NCBI GenBank assembly: GCA_030141605.1 | Contig: JAQGDQ010000870.1 | Location: 22,427-86,426 of the forward strand | Origin: Tubiluchus corallicola | Lineage: Eukaryota > Animalia > Priapulida | Direction of reading: 5' to 3' | Length of the DNA: 64,000 bases | Shown here: in pieces, positions 41,166-55,759 of the stretch | How positions within the stretch are numbered: the first letter of the stretch is position 1 | How the letters are laid out: each line of letters opens with the position of its first letter | The notes under the pieces: model-generated | What the model saw: only the letters and a program-made list of their open reading frames with translations | Told to the model about the DNA's origin: nothing | Databases searched by the model: none | Position numbers and translations under genes: made by a program

Positions 41166-43678
41166 GTTATTAGTTTCCGGGTTAAAAATAACTGATAATC
41201 TGAACACAGAAAAAACCAGTCTAGACATATAATGAAAGAAAATTTCACTCTCCTACTAATTATTCAAGCTGTGACCTCACATCGAGATGATTTGCCGGAA
41301 TCTTGGTAGCAAACTATCCATCATCCTGCTTTGCTCGTCCAGTTTGCCAAAAATCATGTTCATGCTGAGAAGGTTTACTCAGATAATTTACTCACGATTC
41401 ATTTACGTTAACATAACATCTCCAAGCGGTTTATTTAGACCACCTGCACACTGAAACTGTTTATTCGGGCGTCCCTTTATATTCAGCATAATAACTGATC
41501 GATTAAAATGATCAATTATAATTATTCCATTTGAAAGGGATTTTTATTTAAAACATTTCAGTATATTCAAGACATATTCATCGTGTAATCATTTATGCTA
41601 AGTAACTCCTTGACTTCAGAAGTGAAAAATTGGTTTGTCTCCGCGGCACACATAAAATGAAGGGTACGAAGAGCAGTAAGGCCTGTCATTCTTATGGCTT
41701 GGAAGCAGTCCTACTGGAGCTGCCTACCTAACATTGAATCTTATACGACGAGTAATACACTAGGAAATTAGAATCGGATGCCGTTGGCGAATTGTGTATT
41801 TCTTACTAAGTATGATAAGTATTTTCTAATAGATACCGCAGTTCCCATCTAGAGCACGTGCACCAACAGCAATATGACGAACGTGAATAGATCCCGCGAT
41901 AATGTGTATAACAAATTAAATGTAAGGTTAATTTTATAATTAATGTATTACGAGATCTTTATTCCTAATCGTGCTAGCTGTAAGTTCAATAATTAACTAT
42001 TACTACAATAAATACCTAAAGACCTACCTCTAAAATGAATAGAGGTAAGTTATAATCTGTTATTTGAGGAAGTAGCGCTGTAGCTGGAGTAGCAGAACAT
42101 AGGCTTCAGTAGCTCCAAAACATCCTTGGGAAGTAATTAAAAACAGGAATTTGATGTAATTTTATCCGCGAGCATCGCAGAACTAAGAGAACCGGTGTAA
42201 TGATTTCTTAATTATAACCTCGGTTAAAGGGTCGAGCACACCAGACATCGGTCTGTTGGAGTGGCGCAACTTGACTCGTAAGTTATCAACAACTAATGCT
42301 ATCCGCCCTCCAGGTAATCAATGGAACGTGCACTTCCCACATAGTGTCTACCTTTACATGCACAACTGGAAAGTATTTAAGTACTGATAGTCTATTCAAA
42401 TCTAGCTCATATGAACCAGATTGCCTAGATGGAGCGTTTGTCTGGCTCATTAAGTTGCCTACGTTGACTCAGTCCTATAGCTACATTAAGAATAGGTTTT
42501 CACAAGAAGTGAATGTAAAATTTTTTAATGTTGAAAAATGTTTGTTAGGCTTTATTGAATCGTTTGAGCAAATTTTAAGGGAATGCAACAAAGTAGGCGT
42601 TCGTGTAATTTTTCTGAGTAATCTCAAGTGTAATAACTGTATTCTGTTTTCTGTGCGGTTTGTGGTTTTGTGATTCTCATAAAAACAGTAGTGTCAAAAA
42701 GCTAAAAGTAGGCGCTTAAAAGCTTAAAAGTTTGCAAAACTGATCTTTTTTCTTGTACCAACAGACATCGCTAGTACATCTTGCAGTAAACTTTTGAAAA
42801 TACACTTAGCTTGAAAAAGACAATGTGCTTGACAAAAAGATTTACTTTCTCGGCGAAATTTTGTATATTTAAGAAAGAGGGATTTTAAGCAGATGCAAAT
42901 TACCAACAATCTATCTTTTGCCGTCACTCTCCTTAGTTCAAGGTTACATTAACTACTACTGAATGATGCGACCAGTGCTGATAGCCATTACCGTTGCAAC
43001 ATTAGACGGTCACTGCATCAGATGAAATCTGAACCTATTTATAAGCTACTCTTGACCTTGAAGTCCAGTGCATGCTGAAGCATAAACTAGTCCTCATACT
43101 CTAAATGCTTTAATAGATACTATCACTTTTAACAGCAGCATGGTTTGGCCGGGGGCGCACAACTTTCTCTAATACTACCTCACTTGGAGAGTAATTTTGT
43201 AAAACTAGCTTAGAATCCACCTGCTATAATCTACTTATAACCAATCATATATACATTTTACATTTGGTTAACTGTATACAACAAACAGGTCAGCAACCAA
43301 GCGTTCACTAAAAATGTCGTGATGCTTTTACGACAATTTGAAACTGGGTCACTAGTGACAAGCGAAAGTTTTGCCGAGCAGATACGATGACTGGCAACGT
43401 GTCCCACATACATAATAGGATTTCAATTATTGTCAGTAAGTGAGTTTTATTAATGGAAGAGCTTTTAAACAAAGCCTACGGGTCTGCAGAGACAGATACC
43501 ATGAAAAGCAAGTTAAAGAAGTTGCCGAGTGTCTCCTGTCTCTGTCTCTGTCTGCTTGTTGTCAGGATATTGGTCCATTGTGCAGATCCTTGTGCGCAAT
43601 GGAACTTATGTGGGGCAAGGCTTCCCAAGGTGCGAGGCAGCGGTATCTCCAAATTTTCATCAGTTCCGCTAAAATGAG

Positions 43679-43798
43679 TATAAATGCGACGAGGTACGCG
43701 AGCATCACAACAAGACAACAGTTTATTGTGATGTGCCTAGTATAAAATTAATGTTAAGTGGGATGTGATGTTTTATATCATCTAGTGCTATGCTTTCA
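43679..43798 (+). promoter_or_regulatory. Putative TATA box and non-coding exon 1 of the 933-aa gene
   Basis: TATAAAT at 43679, donor TCA|GTGAGT at 43798/43799, acceptor tttttacag| at 44663 ahead of the ATG at 44700. Confidence 0.5.
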
Positions 43799-43874
43799 GT
43801 GAGTCGTTTTATTAATTATATAAACGCAGTTTAATTTCGTGCAATAGATTAATTAATTTTTGTTAAATCGCCTA

Positions 43875-44590
43875 CAGTTTTACCGTTCGACTTTTTACTT
43901 TATTCAGATTAACAGCAGGTACATGTGACTACGATTCACTATAATTATATTTGCTTTCATCAAAGTCTTTTTGTTAAATCAAAAATATAACAAATATTAC
44001 AAGTATTACAAAGACATTGGACTTAACGATAAATTGCCGCTCTAAATTTCATAAAGATATTTAAAATGACGCACTAGACATCATAAGTATTGTTAGCTGC
44101 ATTACTGAACTTCTGTTTATCATTATTTGTTTTGTCAATACAAAAACTCTTGATTTTTTGTTAACGCTTGGACCTACCTGTCTACCAGTTTGTTAGAATT
44201 GTCACCTATATTATTGTACTACAATTGTCTGCAGTTCCTGTACGTTTTTTACTTCATTCAAATTAAGGGCAGCTAATCATATGATTGACTATAATTATAT
44301 CTGCTTTATTCAAAATCTAGTTTTTTGGCATAAGTTTAGTTCTTATCAGAATTTTTTTACCGAAAACGTTGGACTTAACAAGTAACTACGATTCTAAATT
44401 TCATGAAGATTTTCCAAAAATAGTTTTAGTATGTTGAATGACAAGAGACATCAAAATGCTGTTAGACGCTTGAAATGTCTTGCCGAAATACAAAATTACT
44501 GGATTTGCATTTTCCATTATTTGTTTCAAGCAGTGCAGAAGGTCGTGACTTTTTATCAGCATTCGAATTAAAGTCTTCCTATCTGTGAGA
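43875..44590 (+). repeat. Diverged tandem duplication (~360-bp unit) in the putative intron 1 of the 933-aa gene
   Basis: Paired blocks actataattatat, ttggacttaac, tctaaatttcat and agacatca recur ~350 nt apart. Confidence 0.7.
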
Positions 44591-44699
44591 TTACTAACGT
44601 TTCCGACGACAAGAAGAATTTTTCACACATTGTTTTTTCACCAAACTCCTGATGTTTTTACAGATCTTGTGATAGACACCAGAGGATTAAAACCAAAGA

Positions 44700-47600
44700 A
44701 TGAATATCTCTTACTTTTTTCAGTTTTGTTTGGTAAGTCTTTTGATCAATTATTATTATTTACAAGGCTGTCGCATTTATGATAATCATATTAAGCTGTT
44801 TCACTTTCAACACTACTAAGAAGTTAATCATCACATTTAAAATTAGGCGCCAGTGCTTACAAGAGGGTTACCTTCTTAAAGACTTAATAATATCTCAATA
44901 TAAAATTTTTACTAACTGTTTTTTTGATCTTGAATAAGCTTATTTAAAAAGTTACAGTAATGTATTAAGAAGTTTCACAACACTTTTTTACTACTTGCAG
45001 TCACTTACTGTTGCCGTAGTATGGTCTGTCGAACCAACTGCTTATTATAGCCAAGGTGAACTAAGAACATATGATGATGATGCTCTAAGTCCAAAGGAGC
45101 GCCTCACTAATCCCGAACATACGTTGAGACTACTTCATCGGTACCCAAGACGCCATGCACAGGGTCGCACACAGCGCCATGCGCGTGGTCGAATACGGCG
45201 CCATCCACAAGGTCGCGGCCAAAAAAACCGTCGACATAGGCCAGCTAACTCTCACAGAAATTCCAGGAGGAATATTCCTGCACACAAAATCAGATACTCG
45301 CCACCGCCAAACACTCCATCGCATCAAGGAAGGTTTCGAGAGAAACAAACGAACCACCAGTACCCTCCTCCTAGTCCTTCAGGAGGCAGTCATGGACCAC
45401 ATCTAGACGACCCACGAACTTATCGAACACAACAAAAGTATTTACATGAACAACCAAACCCACAATCACAGTATCAACCTGAATACCTTCCGGAAACGTA
45501 TCCTTCTCATGTAGAAAAATACCCTCAACCTATGCCAAGCACATATGCCAATGGACACGGAGTTTATCAAGGTCACTACTCACCTGAATATTCTCAAGAA
45601 GCAGACTACCAACAAAACCAACCAGTTCCTCCTGTGCAACAACAATCTGATTATCCATCTTCACAGATAAGTGGTGGATATTATCCACCACCTCTTCCTC
45701 CACCCTCAAAGGAACAATTGCCAAATTCCCCTCCTTTACCACCAGATGAACGACCAGGCAGTCATCCACGTTTTTTTCGTCCAGTTGGACAGCAATCAGG
45801 ACATTATCAGCCTCCTGAAAAGGGAGAATTACCTAACGACTATTCAATTCCAAAGGGTCAGTACTTCCCTCCCCCACAAGCTCATCAACAGGACAATCCT
45901 CCTCTGCATCCACAGCAACAACAGCCTGTAAATTATCCTCCTCCACAGCCACAACAGCCTATAAATTATCCTCCTCCACAGCAACAACAGGCTGTAACTT
46001 ATGCTCCTTCACAGCAACAACAGCCTGTAAATTATCCTCCTCTACAGCCACAACAGGCTGTAAATTATCCACCTCCACAGCAACAACAGCCTGTAAATTA
46101 TCCTCCTCCACAGCAACAACAGCCTGTAAATTATCCACCTCCACAGCAACAACAGCCTGTAAATTATCCTCCTCCACAGCAACAACAGCCTGTAAATTAT
46201 CCTCCTCCACAGCAACAACACCCTATAAATTATCCTCCTCCACAGCAACAACAACATTTGCCGCCTGCACAAGGAGAGTACTTTGATAAATATTCACCTT
46301 CGGAAGGACAGCATTCTCCCAGAAATCGTTCTCCACAAAGAGTTTACCTGCAAAACATTGCTTCTTCTCAAGTGTCACAGCAACAACGATCAAGTAATTA
46401 CCCAACACCTGTGCAGGAAGAATATCTCGCTGATAATAAACGCCTCGAGAACAAATACCCTTCTGAATATCCTACCCAAGCTAGCTACCATCAAAGTAAT
46501 TCCCCTAATTCCTCCCCTTCTCTTCTTCCTTCTTCACATCTGCCACACAAAGAGCATGGGACTTACAGCATTCCTGCACAGAATGCCTACCCACGCGAAT
46601 ATGCACATCCTACCAAAGAAAATTCAGCTGGATACCCTCCACAAGCTTTAGAGTATCAGCAAAAATATTCTCTAACACCAGAGCAATATAAATATTACTC
46701 TCCACCTGCTTCTGGCACGTACTCTAATGATTACTCAAAAGCACAACAGCAACGGTTCCCAGCAGAATACTTTCCACAGAGTCAATCACCAGAAAAATAT
46801 CTTTCTCCATCACCAGAAGCTAAAACCAGCATGTATTCAGCACCCCAAAAACGTTACTACTATCCTGCTTCGGCTCCCCCTCAAAAGACGTCAGTTCAAG
46901 TGGAAAGTCCTAGCAGATATTACCCTACTAGGGATCTGGTTGCATCTGGTCAAAAACCTTCGATAACTTACAGTTCTTTTCAAGACAAGTATGCAAACAG
47001 ACCAGCACATCTTTATGATAGTAGTTCCAATATTGATGCAGAAAAAATTGCTTCATTACAAATTCCGGTGGCAAAACAATCAAAGGCTGAATTAGAATCA
47101 AAAAGTGATTACACCAAAGTATACCAAGAAAGGCCTCTGGGGGAGGATATCAATAACACTGTCAGCGCAGAAAATAAGCAGATTGATGATCAAGCTCCTC
47201 CTACATTTGCTTTATCGGATTCTCCACAGAATGCTTATGTAGAACAAAGATATCTTCCAGAAAACGAGCTACAACATCAGAATTACCAACAACCGCCCCC
47301 ACAGAGTCTGTATGGTGCTTCAGCACCTCCACCATCAGCATACGCACCTCACGCAGGAGGTCACTATGGAAGCCAGATTGGAGGCAAATATCATAATGGA
47401 TATGGAATTGGAAGTCAGCATGGAGACCATCAAAAACATGCTTCAGATTATCACAAGGACACTGGTCACTATAATGACAACAATCACGGACACTACCATA
47501 ACAACCACGAAAAGTTTCACAACTCAGGTAACAAAGCAAATTTCAATATTATTGTGTCCATTAGAGAATTATCGGTTTTATATCGCAGTGGTCTGTGCTT

Positions 47601-49155
47601 AGTGGAGGTAACTGGGAATATGGTTCTTTGTTAGTTACTGAAAATGGCTATTCTCATATTTCTCAGAAAGTTCTCTTTAAAAAACATTAAAATGAAGCAA
47701 AATCTCGAAGAGAAAACCATAAAGAAGAGAAACTTGTCTCTCGCAAAACTGCAGTGCTGAAGTCCAGTCTGAAACTCTACTAGAGAGAATATATCACAAT
47801 TCATGCATTGTTGAAATCACTGATGTTGACTTTGAAAACTGTTGGTGATGTTGGACGTGAAACACCGTGTAGGAATTACGTTGACTTCGGTGGCATGAAA
47901 TAAATAGTTAATCGCGATATTTTATGCCTAGTATTTACAGAAAACGTGAGCTATGTCATGACAATGTGTACATGGTCTTCATTTTATTTTTCTTGGCATT
48001 CTGTTGGGGGGGGCATCAAACCACTTTGTACATTAAACCCTAATTTACCGTTTAAAATCTTCGTCAGTGGGAGTTTAGCTGTTCAGCTGTCTATGCACTG
48101 GCAGCTATACCTGCCTTATGTATGTGACAATGGTGAAGCTGATGACGAGCGTGACAAAATCTTTACCTTTCCATCCGAACCGTTTCAAACTGAAGGTCGT
48201 GTTGCCCGCAAATATAAACTGTTGCTGGCCGTAAAGTATTACGATGGCAGCTCAATGTCCGCCTATTGGCAGCAACCTTTTCGTGTTTGAATACAAATTA
48301 AGGTTGTGGAGAAGGAATTCAGCCTTAGGCGACAGTTTAAACGCTTAGTAATTAATTTGTAATCTTATATATATATATATATAATTTGGGGGTAATTTGT
48401 TTATTTTTCCGCTCTATTTCAAAACTTTGCTCTTGTGTCCTCTGAATGGTCTTATGCTCTGTGCTGGAAAGAGCAGAATCTGAGTATTGTTTAATTTTTC
48501 ACCGAACTATACATTCGAATTAACTTATGCTGTACTTGAGTAACGCTCCTGAGTTATAAGATCCTAATGTACTTGAGTAGAACTCCTGAATGATCAAAAG
48601 TAATTTGATTTGCTTTTTATGATAGTCTTATGACGCTATGTTCATTCTTTATAACCTAAGCTCTGACAAAATCTGAGCACATATACTTTCAAAAAATGTC
48701 AACTGTCTCGCGCATATACATTCAGAAAATATTTTATGAACTTTAACCTGATGTAAAGTGGACGTGAAACTTCACACCCCTTTACTGCTAGTTTTAACTA
48801 TTCTGCTTCAAATGAGTTTCATGAACAGACGATGAATCATGTTTATTTGTTTTCTAAAATGTTCATGAACGTAATACATGTGCAATGAACTAACGATGTG
48901 AGTTTTCTTGCAGGTAATCATCATAAACACAAGTATGCCCGGGACTATTTTGGCAAGCACAAAGTTCATCAGTACCTGCGTGGAAAAGCTTGGGGTCACA
49001 CTGATCTTACCTATTTACCAGCGTTTTACTATGGGCATAATTACGCACCTGTCTACGGCAATGCAGTCCCCGTTGCGCCGCATAGTCCGTATCCAGAAGA
49101 AACATACGCTGGTCAATACAGAGGCATCTACGACAATCTGAGATCGTATTATTGA
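44700..49155 (+). CDS. Secreted 933-aa modular protein (Arg/His-rich N-terminus, P/Q/Y-rich repeats, His/Tyr-rich C-terminal domain); exons 44700-44732, 45001-47527, 48914-49155
   Basis: ATG...TGTTTG|GTAAGT plus ttgcag|TCA gives the signal peptide MNISYFFQFCLSLTVAVVWS. A 2.5-kb open exon ends in a phase-1 junction, TCAG|GTAACA to ttgcag|GTAATCAT, which restores continuous homology with the gene at 61821. Total 2802 nt. AATAAA at ~49566. Confidence 0.88.
45913..46242 (+). repeat. Coding tandem repeat, 10 x 33 nt (QQQQPVNYPPP)
   Basis: Unit cagcaacaacagcctgtaaattatcctcctcca repeated 10 times with few substitutions. Confidence 0.95.
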
Positions 49156-51237
49156 AGCTGAATTTATGCAAGTAGCTGCTCTTTTCGTTGAACTCAGCCT
49201 TTACTTTATGCCGTGCGGCGTTGAATGCACACACATTGCAAATTCGCTATACTTCAGTGCTACCAAGCGTATGTTCAAGAAAGCAAATCATTGCCACGCA
49301 CCTAAAGAGAAGTACGGCTAACATGTGCTGTTGGCTGCGTGGCAATGGTTTTCTTGCTCGGGGACACATACACTTTGTAGTACGTACCAAGGTACCGTGA
49401 ATCCGTTTATTACCACATGGCATTCTCTTAACATGTGTAAATCGAATTAATAGTACGTATATATTTCATTTATGTATAGTGAAAAAACTACAAATCATCA
49501 CAGTGTTTGCACAAATTGCTACTGTAGGGCTTACATAAATTATTCATAATTTTCATTATGGGTCAAATAAATCGCTTTCCCTGGATGGCTGTTCATAATG
49601 TTATGCAAAAGTTAATGTCTCTGTACTGCACTGCTGCCACTACCGCTGCACTGTGAACACGTTATTGGTGTTTACTGATTTACGAATTATCTGTATGTGC
49701 TGTTTCAATGTCAACTGCTATTTTATTTCTTCTGTGTGTGCAAACACATATTTGTAGATATAAGATCCAAGTAGCTATTATTGCAAAAACATTTTTAATG
49801 CTGCTAATTGCTTTTTTTTGTTAATCTCTGCACATATGAAGTTGAATAACAAGTTTCGTTAAACAAAATAATGATGCTCGCATAACTAAACATTCTAATG
49901 TAAGTTTTTGTTTATGACTGCGATTATTAATATTGAACAAATGTTTATTTTACTGCCGTTAAGAAATTTTTGTTAAAGAAAAGTTACTTTCTGTTATAAT
50001 TGTTAAAGCTGTTATAGTTATAATAACTATTATAGTTATCCTAGTTCTACTAATATTATTATTCGTTGCACTAGTATAACAACTGTACACTGTAACCACG
50101 GTGCACTGTATAGCTCAGAGAATAATTTGATATTAAAATATAATGATTAATTGCATCTGGCAAACTGTGCACTTAATGCATAGGCCTTCTATTGGGTTAA
50201 TTCATTGTAAAAAATTATTTGCATTATGTAACACTTTTATTATTGTATGAAGTTGCTAAAGTATAGTGTTACTATGTCTTTGAAGTTATTGTGCACTTAT
50301 ACACTTCCACCAGGCCTAATGATTATAATTTTATACCTTTTTATTTATATACACTAATAATTTCTTCACTTTTTAAAGGAACACTGTTTTTAGGATAATA
50401 TATATTCCGCTATAGTAAATTATTTTACACACACTGCATGTATTAAACCTAGTCAATTAATTTTAGTTGAACACTTATTTATTTCAACATTTAGTTTTTC
50501 TCTAAAGTGAGTGAATCATAAAAAAATTAAGAACAATTACATTTGTCTTTGCTTTATGTTTTTTCATGTTTTTCGTATGCGGCTATATTGATAAACGTGA
50601 TGTGACTTTTTCTACTGAGTTTGCCTACCGAATTGCAATATCAATTGGATTACTCTTTACAGAGCTCTACGCTACTGACGAACATTAGCATAAAGTGATA
50701 TACGGGGTGGACACAAAAAGCAAGTCTTTTTAAAACGCCACACCGCCGCGAATTTTTACCCACATTGTAATTTATCTAAATTTAACAGGGTTAACTAGAA
50801 ACATTTTAGCCCTTACATACTAATTTTTGCTAACAAAGTCCAAAACAATAATTATGCCTAATATTGTCATCAAGCCCATAAAACTAAAAATGCTAAATAT
50901 TAATTTGATTGCAATCTCTTTGCTGCGATGATATTGTCTTTATAGTAACTAGCTAGTATGATTGTGTTGTCAACAAAGGCATTGATCTTTCAGGCCTCAA
51001 TTGGAAAAAGTAATTGAAGTGTCAGGGAAGAATTGAACAATTCTTTGCCTAAGTAACAACCAGACAAAGCATAAGCTATATTTTTGCTTTTGAATATTCT
51101 ATATTCTTTTGAATTTGTCAAATATTCTTTGAAAAATTGAGCTTTTTTATTCAAACTGCGTTGAAATCTGAAATTCTGCAGTTTTTATTTAAAATTGGTA
51201 TTATTCATAATGCTTATATTTGTTTTCATGGCAAATG

Positions 51238-51392
<155 letters not shown>

Positions 51393-51687
51393 ATTTTGAA
51401 ATTGTACGTACAAATTTCCATTTGTTGGTAGAATAGAAAAATAAGAATATTTACGCATTATAACATTCTAACATTAATAAAAAAAATGGCAATAAACGGG
51501 AGTACAATAAAAAGAATACTTTTCTTGAGTTAATTTTGACGTATCAGGTTCCTATTCAAAATGCAAATTGTATACACTCGACTGCATTTACGCTATCTTT
51601 CACAAATGATATATACTAACCCTGCATTATAAGCACATTTAGAGACATGAAGTTGCACTTTGAAGTTATACATACCTCGGTTGCTAT

Positions 51688-51847
<160 letters not shown>

Positions 51848-53922
51848 ACATATAATTCAATAGAAATTTCGAAACCTGTCGAACTGTGTGGCATCTTTGG
51901 CGGCCCACTCTGCACAACCTCTACCTTTATTCCATAGTATAACATGGTTACCAAACTAGTGTTGCATGTCACCCCTAAAAGTACCAGTAGTTCAAACCTA
52001 AGTCTTCTAAATTATTCTTTTGCAGATATTTCGGTTCTTATTGACTAAATCTTCACACCTTTTTGCTTTCAACCAATCAGGTTTCATTTCGGCTCTATTT
52101 CTGACATGTACGCTAGTTTGGGGTAAGTTATAAAAGGAGGGTGGAAATCTGCTGTACTTTGGAGCTACAGTTCGGGTTGTGCAGAGTTGGTGGTTCTTGT
52201 GCTTGTGTTTCTTCCGTTTAGAGCTCTCCTACTATCCGCTACATGGCAAGTTGGGTATCAGTCTTTCCACTTTATTTCTTTGTTCTGTTTTTCTGCAATT
52301 TGTTTAAAATCTTGTCATAATTAGTTTAGACCTTGTAATATTTAAATCTCTTTCCAGTTAAATCTTCAGCGTTATTTAATTCAGTTTTGTTTAATCATTA
52401 GGCTGCTCCGCCTCCGTACCTACAGATCCAAACCACCCCCGGGTGGCGAGGAGCCACCAGCAGTTCAATATATATATAACTGCCTTTATATATTGACTCT
52501 ATAGAATTAATTGCCTTTTTCACAAAAAGAATTATAAGGCATTTTTGACTAGCAATACACGATGCATAAAATTTAGCAAATCTAATATTAACTAGGTGGC
52601 ATAATTCCGCTAATATGAGATTATATATATCTGTGAGTACGGTATGGCTGCCATTATTCCATTGTAAAAAGAAGTAACTTTTGAATGATTTTTTAAAAGG
52701 TCTTACTTTTTGATGTCAACCACCATCATTATTTTTCGTCCACTGCTAACAAATGGCTCAAGCATCTGGTGCAAAAATAATCACTTTTATACACAAAACT
52801 GCTGCACCATCCACATTTTCATTTTTGTAATGTGACACAAAATGGGTTGTCTCTCATAATGTCACTGGTAAAAAGATCTGCAGAATCTGCACTAAAATCC
52901 TGTGCACTGTTAATATATACATATTTATATGCAGTCAACTAATGCAGTTTAGTACACGTACCAATAAATACTTTCGATCCCTATTAACAGATGGCGCAAG
53001 CAACTAGCATAAAATTAACAAGTGTATATTCGCGTTATAATTTTCTCGTTTATCAGCAACAGCAAAATCCGCAACTGTACAATATGTTATATCCGCGGAT
53101 TTATGTTAAATTGGAACATCCGCGTATCCTCAAAATCTGCAAAAATGTAGGCAAAAACTAGACTTGCTATGTGTGCCTTGTTGTTAAAAACTTTTTTTGT
53201 ATCAAGCTAGGAGTTACAAACACTAATCAATATTAAATCACAAACGAGACCCGCAAAGGGATTTTACTTGTAAACCTTCAACGACAGCTCACGCCACACG
53301 ATGTACATACATCACCAAACCATATCATCCCATCACGCCACACCACAAATGACAGAATTCACCATAATTATCATGACAAAACAAAAAAATTGTACTGAAA
53401 TTCGGTAAACTTTTTGTGCAAAGAATGAAGATTTTGCCTTACATATATGTCTTTTGCATGCCGCATTTCGGGTAAAATCCGCAATTTACGCGTTAAAAAT
53501 CCGCAATCGCTTATCAGCTACACAATCCACTATCCTGGTGAGCACTTTTGCGAATTCCGCACCACTAGACCACAAATCCGCTATCCGCGATTCTATGTTC
53601 TGCAACTTTTACTATTACTGTTTTAAACATATGAAAGTAGCCTTTCCATTTTTCTGCCAGAATCACAATGTCTTAATTTCCCGTTGCCTTATTCTGACGT
53701 TATTGTACGGAAAAATATTTACAGTCTAAAGATGCGTTTTTAATATTCATAACAATTTAGTAAACGAAATTTTTAATAATGGTTGTATCATTTTAGCTAA
53801 ATTTATCAATATTAGATAAATCAGCTATATATAGGAAGCATCTATTAATTTAAAATCTTTAAAACTGGTACGTGTATTTTGCCAAATTTTTTATCTGTAA
53901 ATAATTTTTTGTTGTAGTAGTT

Positions 53923-53928
53923 TGTGTG

Positions 53929-53960
<32 letters not shown>

Positions 53961-53983
53961 TGCGTGCGTGTGTGCGTGCGTGC

Positions 53984-54024
<41 letters not shown>

Positions 54025-54042
54025 TGTGTGTGTGTGTGTGTG
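53923..54042. repeat. (TG)n/(TGCG)n microsatellite
   Basis: Seen directly. Confidence 0.95.
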
Positions 54043-55759
54043 ACTTGGTAGCTATTGCACCTATCTAGTACTTCTATTATATGTATGTACTGATATTATG
54101 GTTTTTACCTGGAATAAAGTGCATGTTATCTTTTTATCTTTTATTTATCTTACATAGTTCTTGTAGCTCAAGAATATTGGGGCGTATGATGTCTGTGGCG
54201 GCAGCGTAACAAACGATGATCGTCGTCAAGCCTGGACCCGAAATTAAGCAGTAACGTGAAATGAATTAAACTGAAACAACCTCACTAAGTTTCATATCTC
54301 TGACAAACACATTCAATTAACAATGAGCAGGCAATTAAAATTACAGATTACAGCACCAGAATCAACCTACCTAGGGTCAAGCATTTGTGAATTATGACTG
54401 TGCGTGTAAACAAAATCCTGTCAAAGATTGACGCACGATTTTAATTCTAAACAATTCATTAAATCATTAGTAAGTTCTACAACTCGCCAACATCTTCTGG
54501 CATTCAACATTTCAGACCTCAGTACGTCTTTACGTAGTAAAAAAAACCACTACTCGAGATAAAATTAACAAAACTAACAGACGAGACACTAATACTTTGT
54601 ATGTGGCCAAGTCGGTCGAATTGGAGAAATTTGTCAATGCTAAGCTACAGTTCTAAGCGTTCCTTGGGAACATATCTGCAATAGTACTTCTATTTTAACT
54701 TAATTTGAGATATTCTACTAACTGTGTATAATTTTTTTTAAGAGAAAACTTTTATACCGTGATTTCTTAAGCGCAACAAGATAACATATTTTTAATAATT
54801 CGTCTCTGTTTGCAATAAATGTGTGTTCTAAATGTACGTTGTCTATTGAACTAGTTAAGTGGGTGCAAAAGATGGTTTATTAACAAATAAACTAAATATT
54901 TCCTCCATCTAACAGCCGTCATTCTCAAGAGTACATACAAGTTAAAATCAAGTATACATTCAGATTTTAAATAGGACCTATATTACTCAATAAAAAAGGA
55001 AAACTTTAAGCGATAACAAAAAAAAACAATCTACAATCAGTAATCTCTTTGCCAAAACTTGTCATCTAAAACATTAAATAAGCCTGCGAAAGGTGTTACA
55101 AAATTATTGCCCCCTCATGTAAGATCCGCACAGCGTTAAGAAGAAATGTCCAAAAGAAATATCGTCTATGTAGATCACAAATTTTGTGCCATCTGTTAAA
55201 GGTATTAATTGCGTTAAGTTGACCGCGCAGAATAGTGCTATAGATTCTTTAGAACAAAATACACTCTGGGGAAATGATGCAAGAGCAAAGCCCATTTGTC
55301 ACTTATTAAGTTATTAGTTACCAAAGTGAAATTATAGATGGCGCTGCAGTTCTATGTGCAAAACGTCGCCCCAAGCTTGTTTCGTCTGTCAACAGTAAAC
55401 GAGACATAGTTTACTGTGTGATCAGCAGTTCGCGATTAAGTTGGTCACTATTGAAGAGTTTGATGAACGTTGATCCAATTGATAACGCAGATCAGCTACG
55501 GTCAACTAAGTTCATTTCAATAAAATGTTATCCTTTTAGCGGTATCTATAAAAAAACGTCACACAAATTCTTATGAAACGTGGCCACATACAAAGCACAT
55601 GAAAAACATAAAACAAAAACAATACTTTTTATAATTCATACATTTCAGAAGAATGGATGTTGATATAAACGAGTAGTAACCTAGTGAGAAGCGAATTTTA
55701 GTTTTTACACAACGTAGCGCCAAGTAATTATTGACATGATCACAATTAAATGGTTAGCC

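Noticed and set aside
45913-46242. CRISPR-like array (33-nt repeats)
   Set aside because: No spacers; it is an in-frame coding tandem repeat in a eukaryotic gene.
47528-47634. ORF-track tail NKANFNIIVS...VLC of the 879-aa ORF
   Set aside because: Intron read-through. Composition changes abruptly after a good donor at 47527, and splicing to 48914 restores homology with the paralogue.
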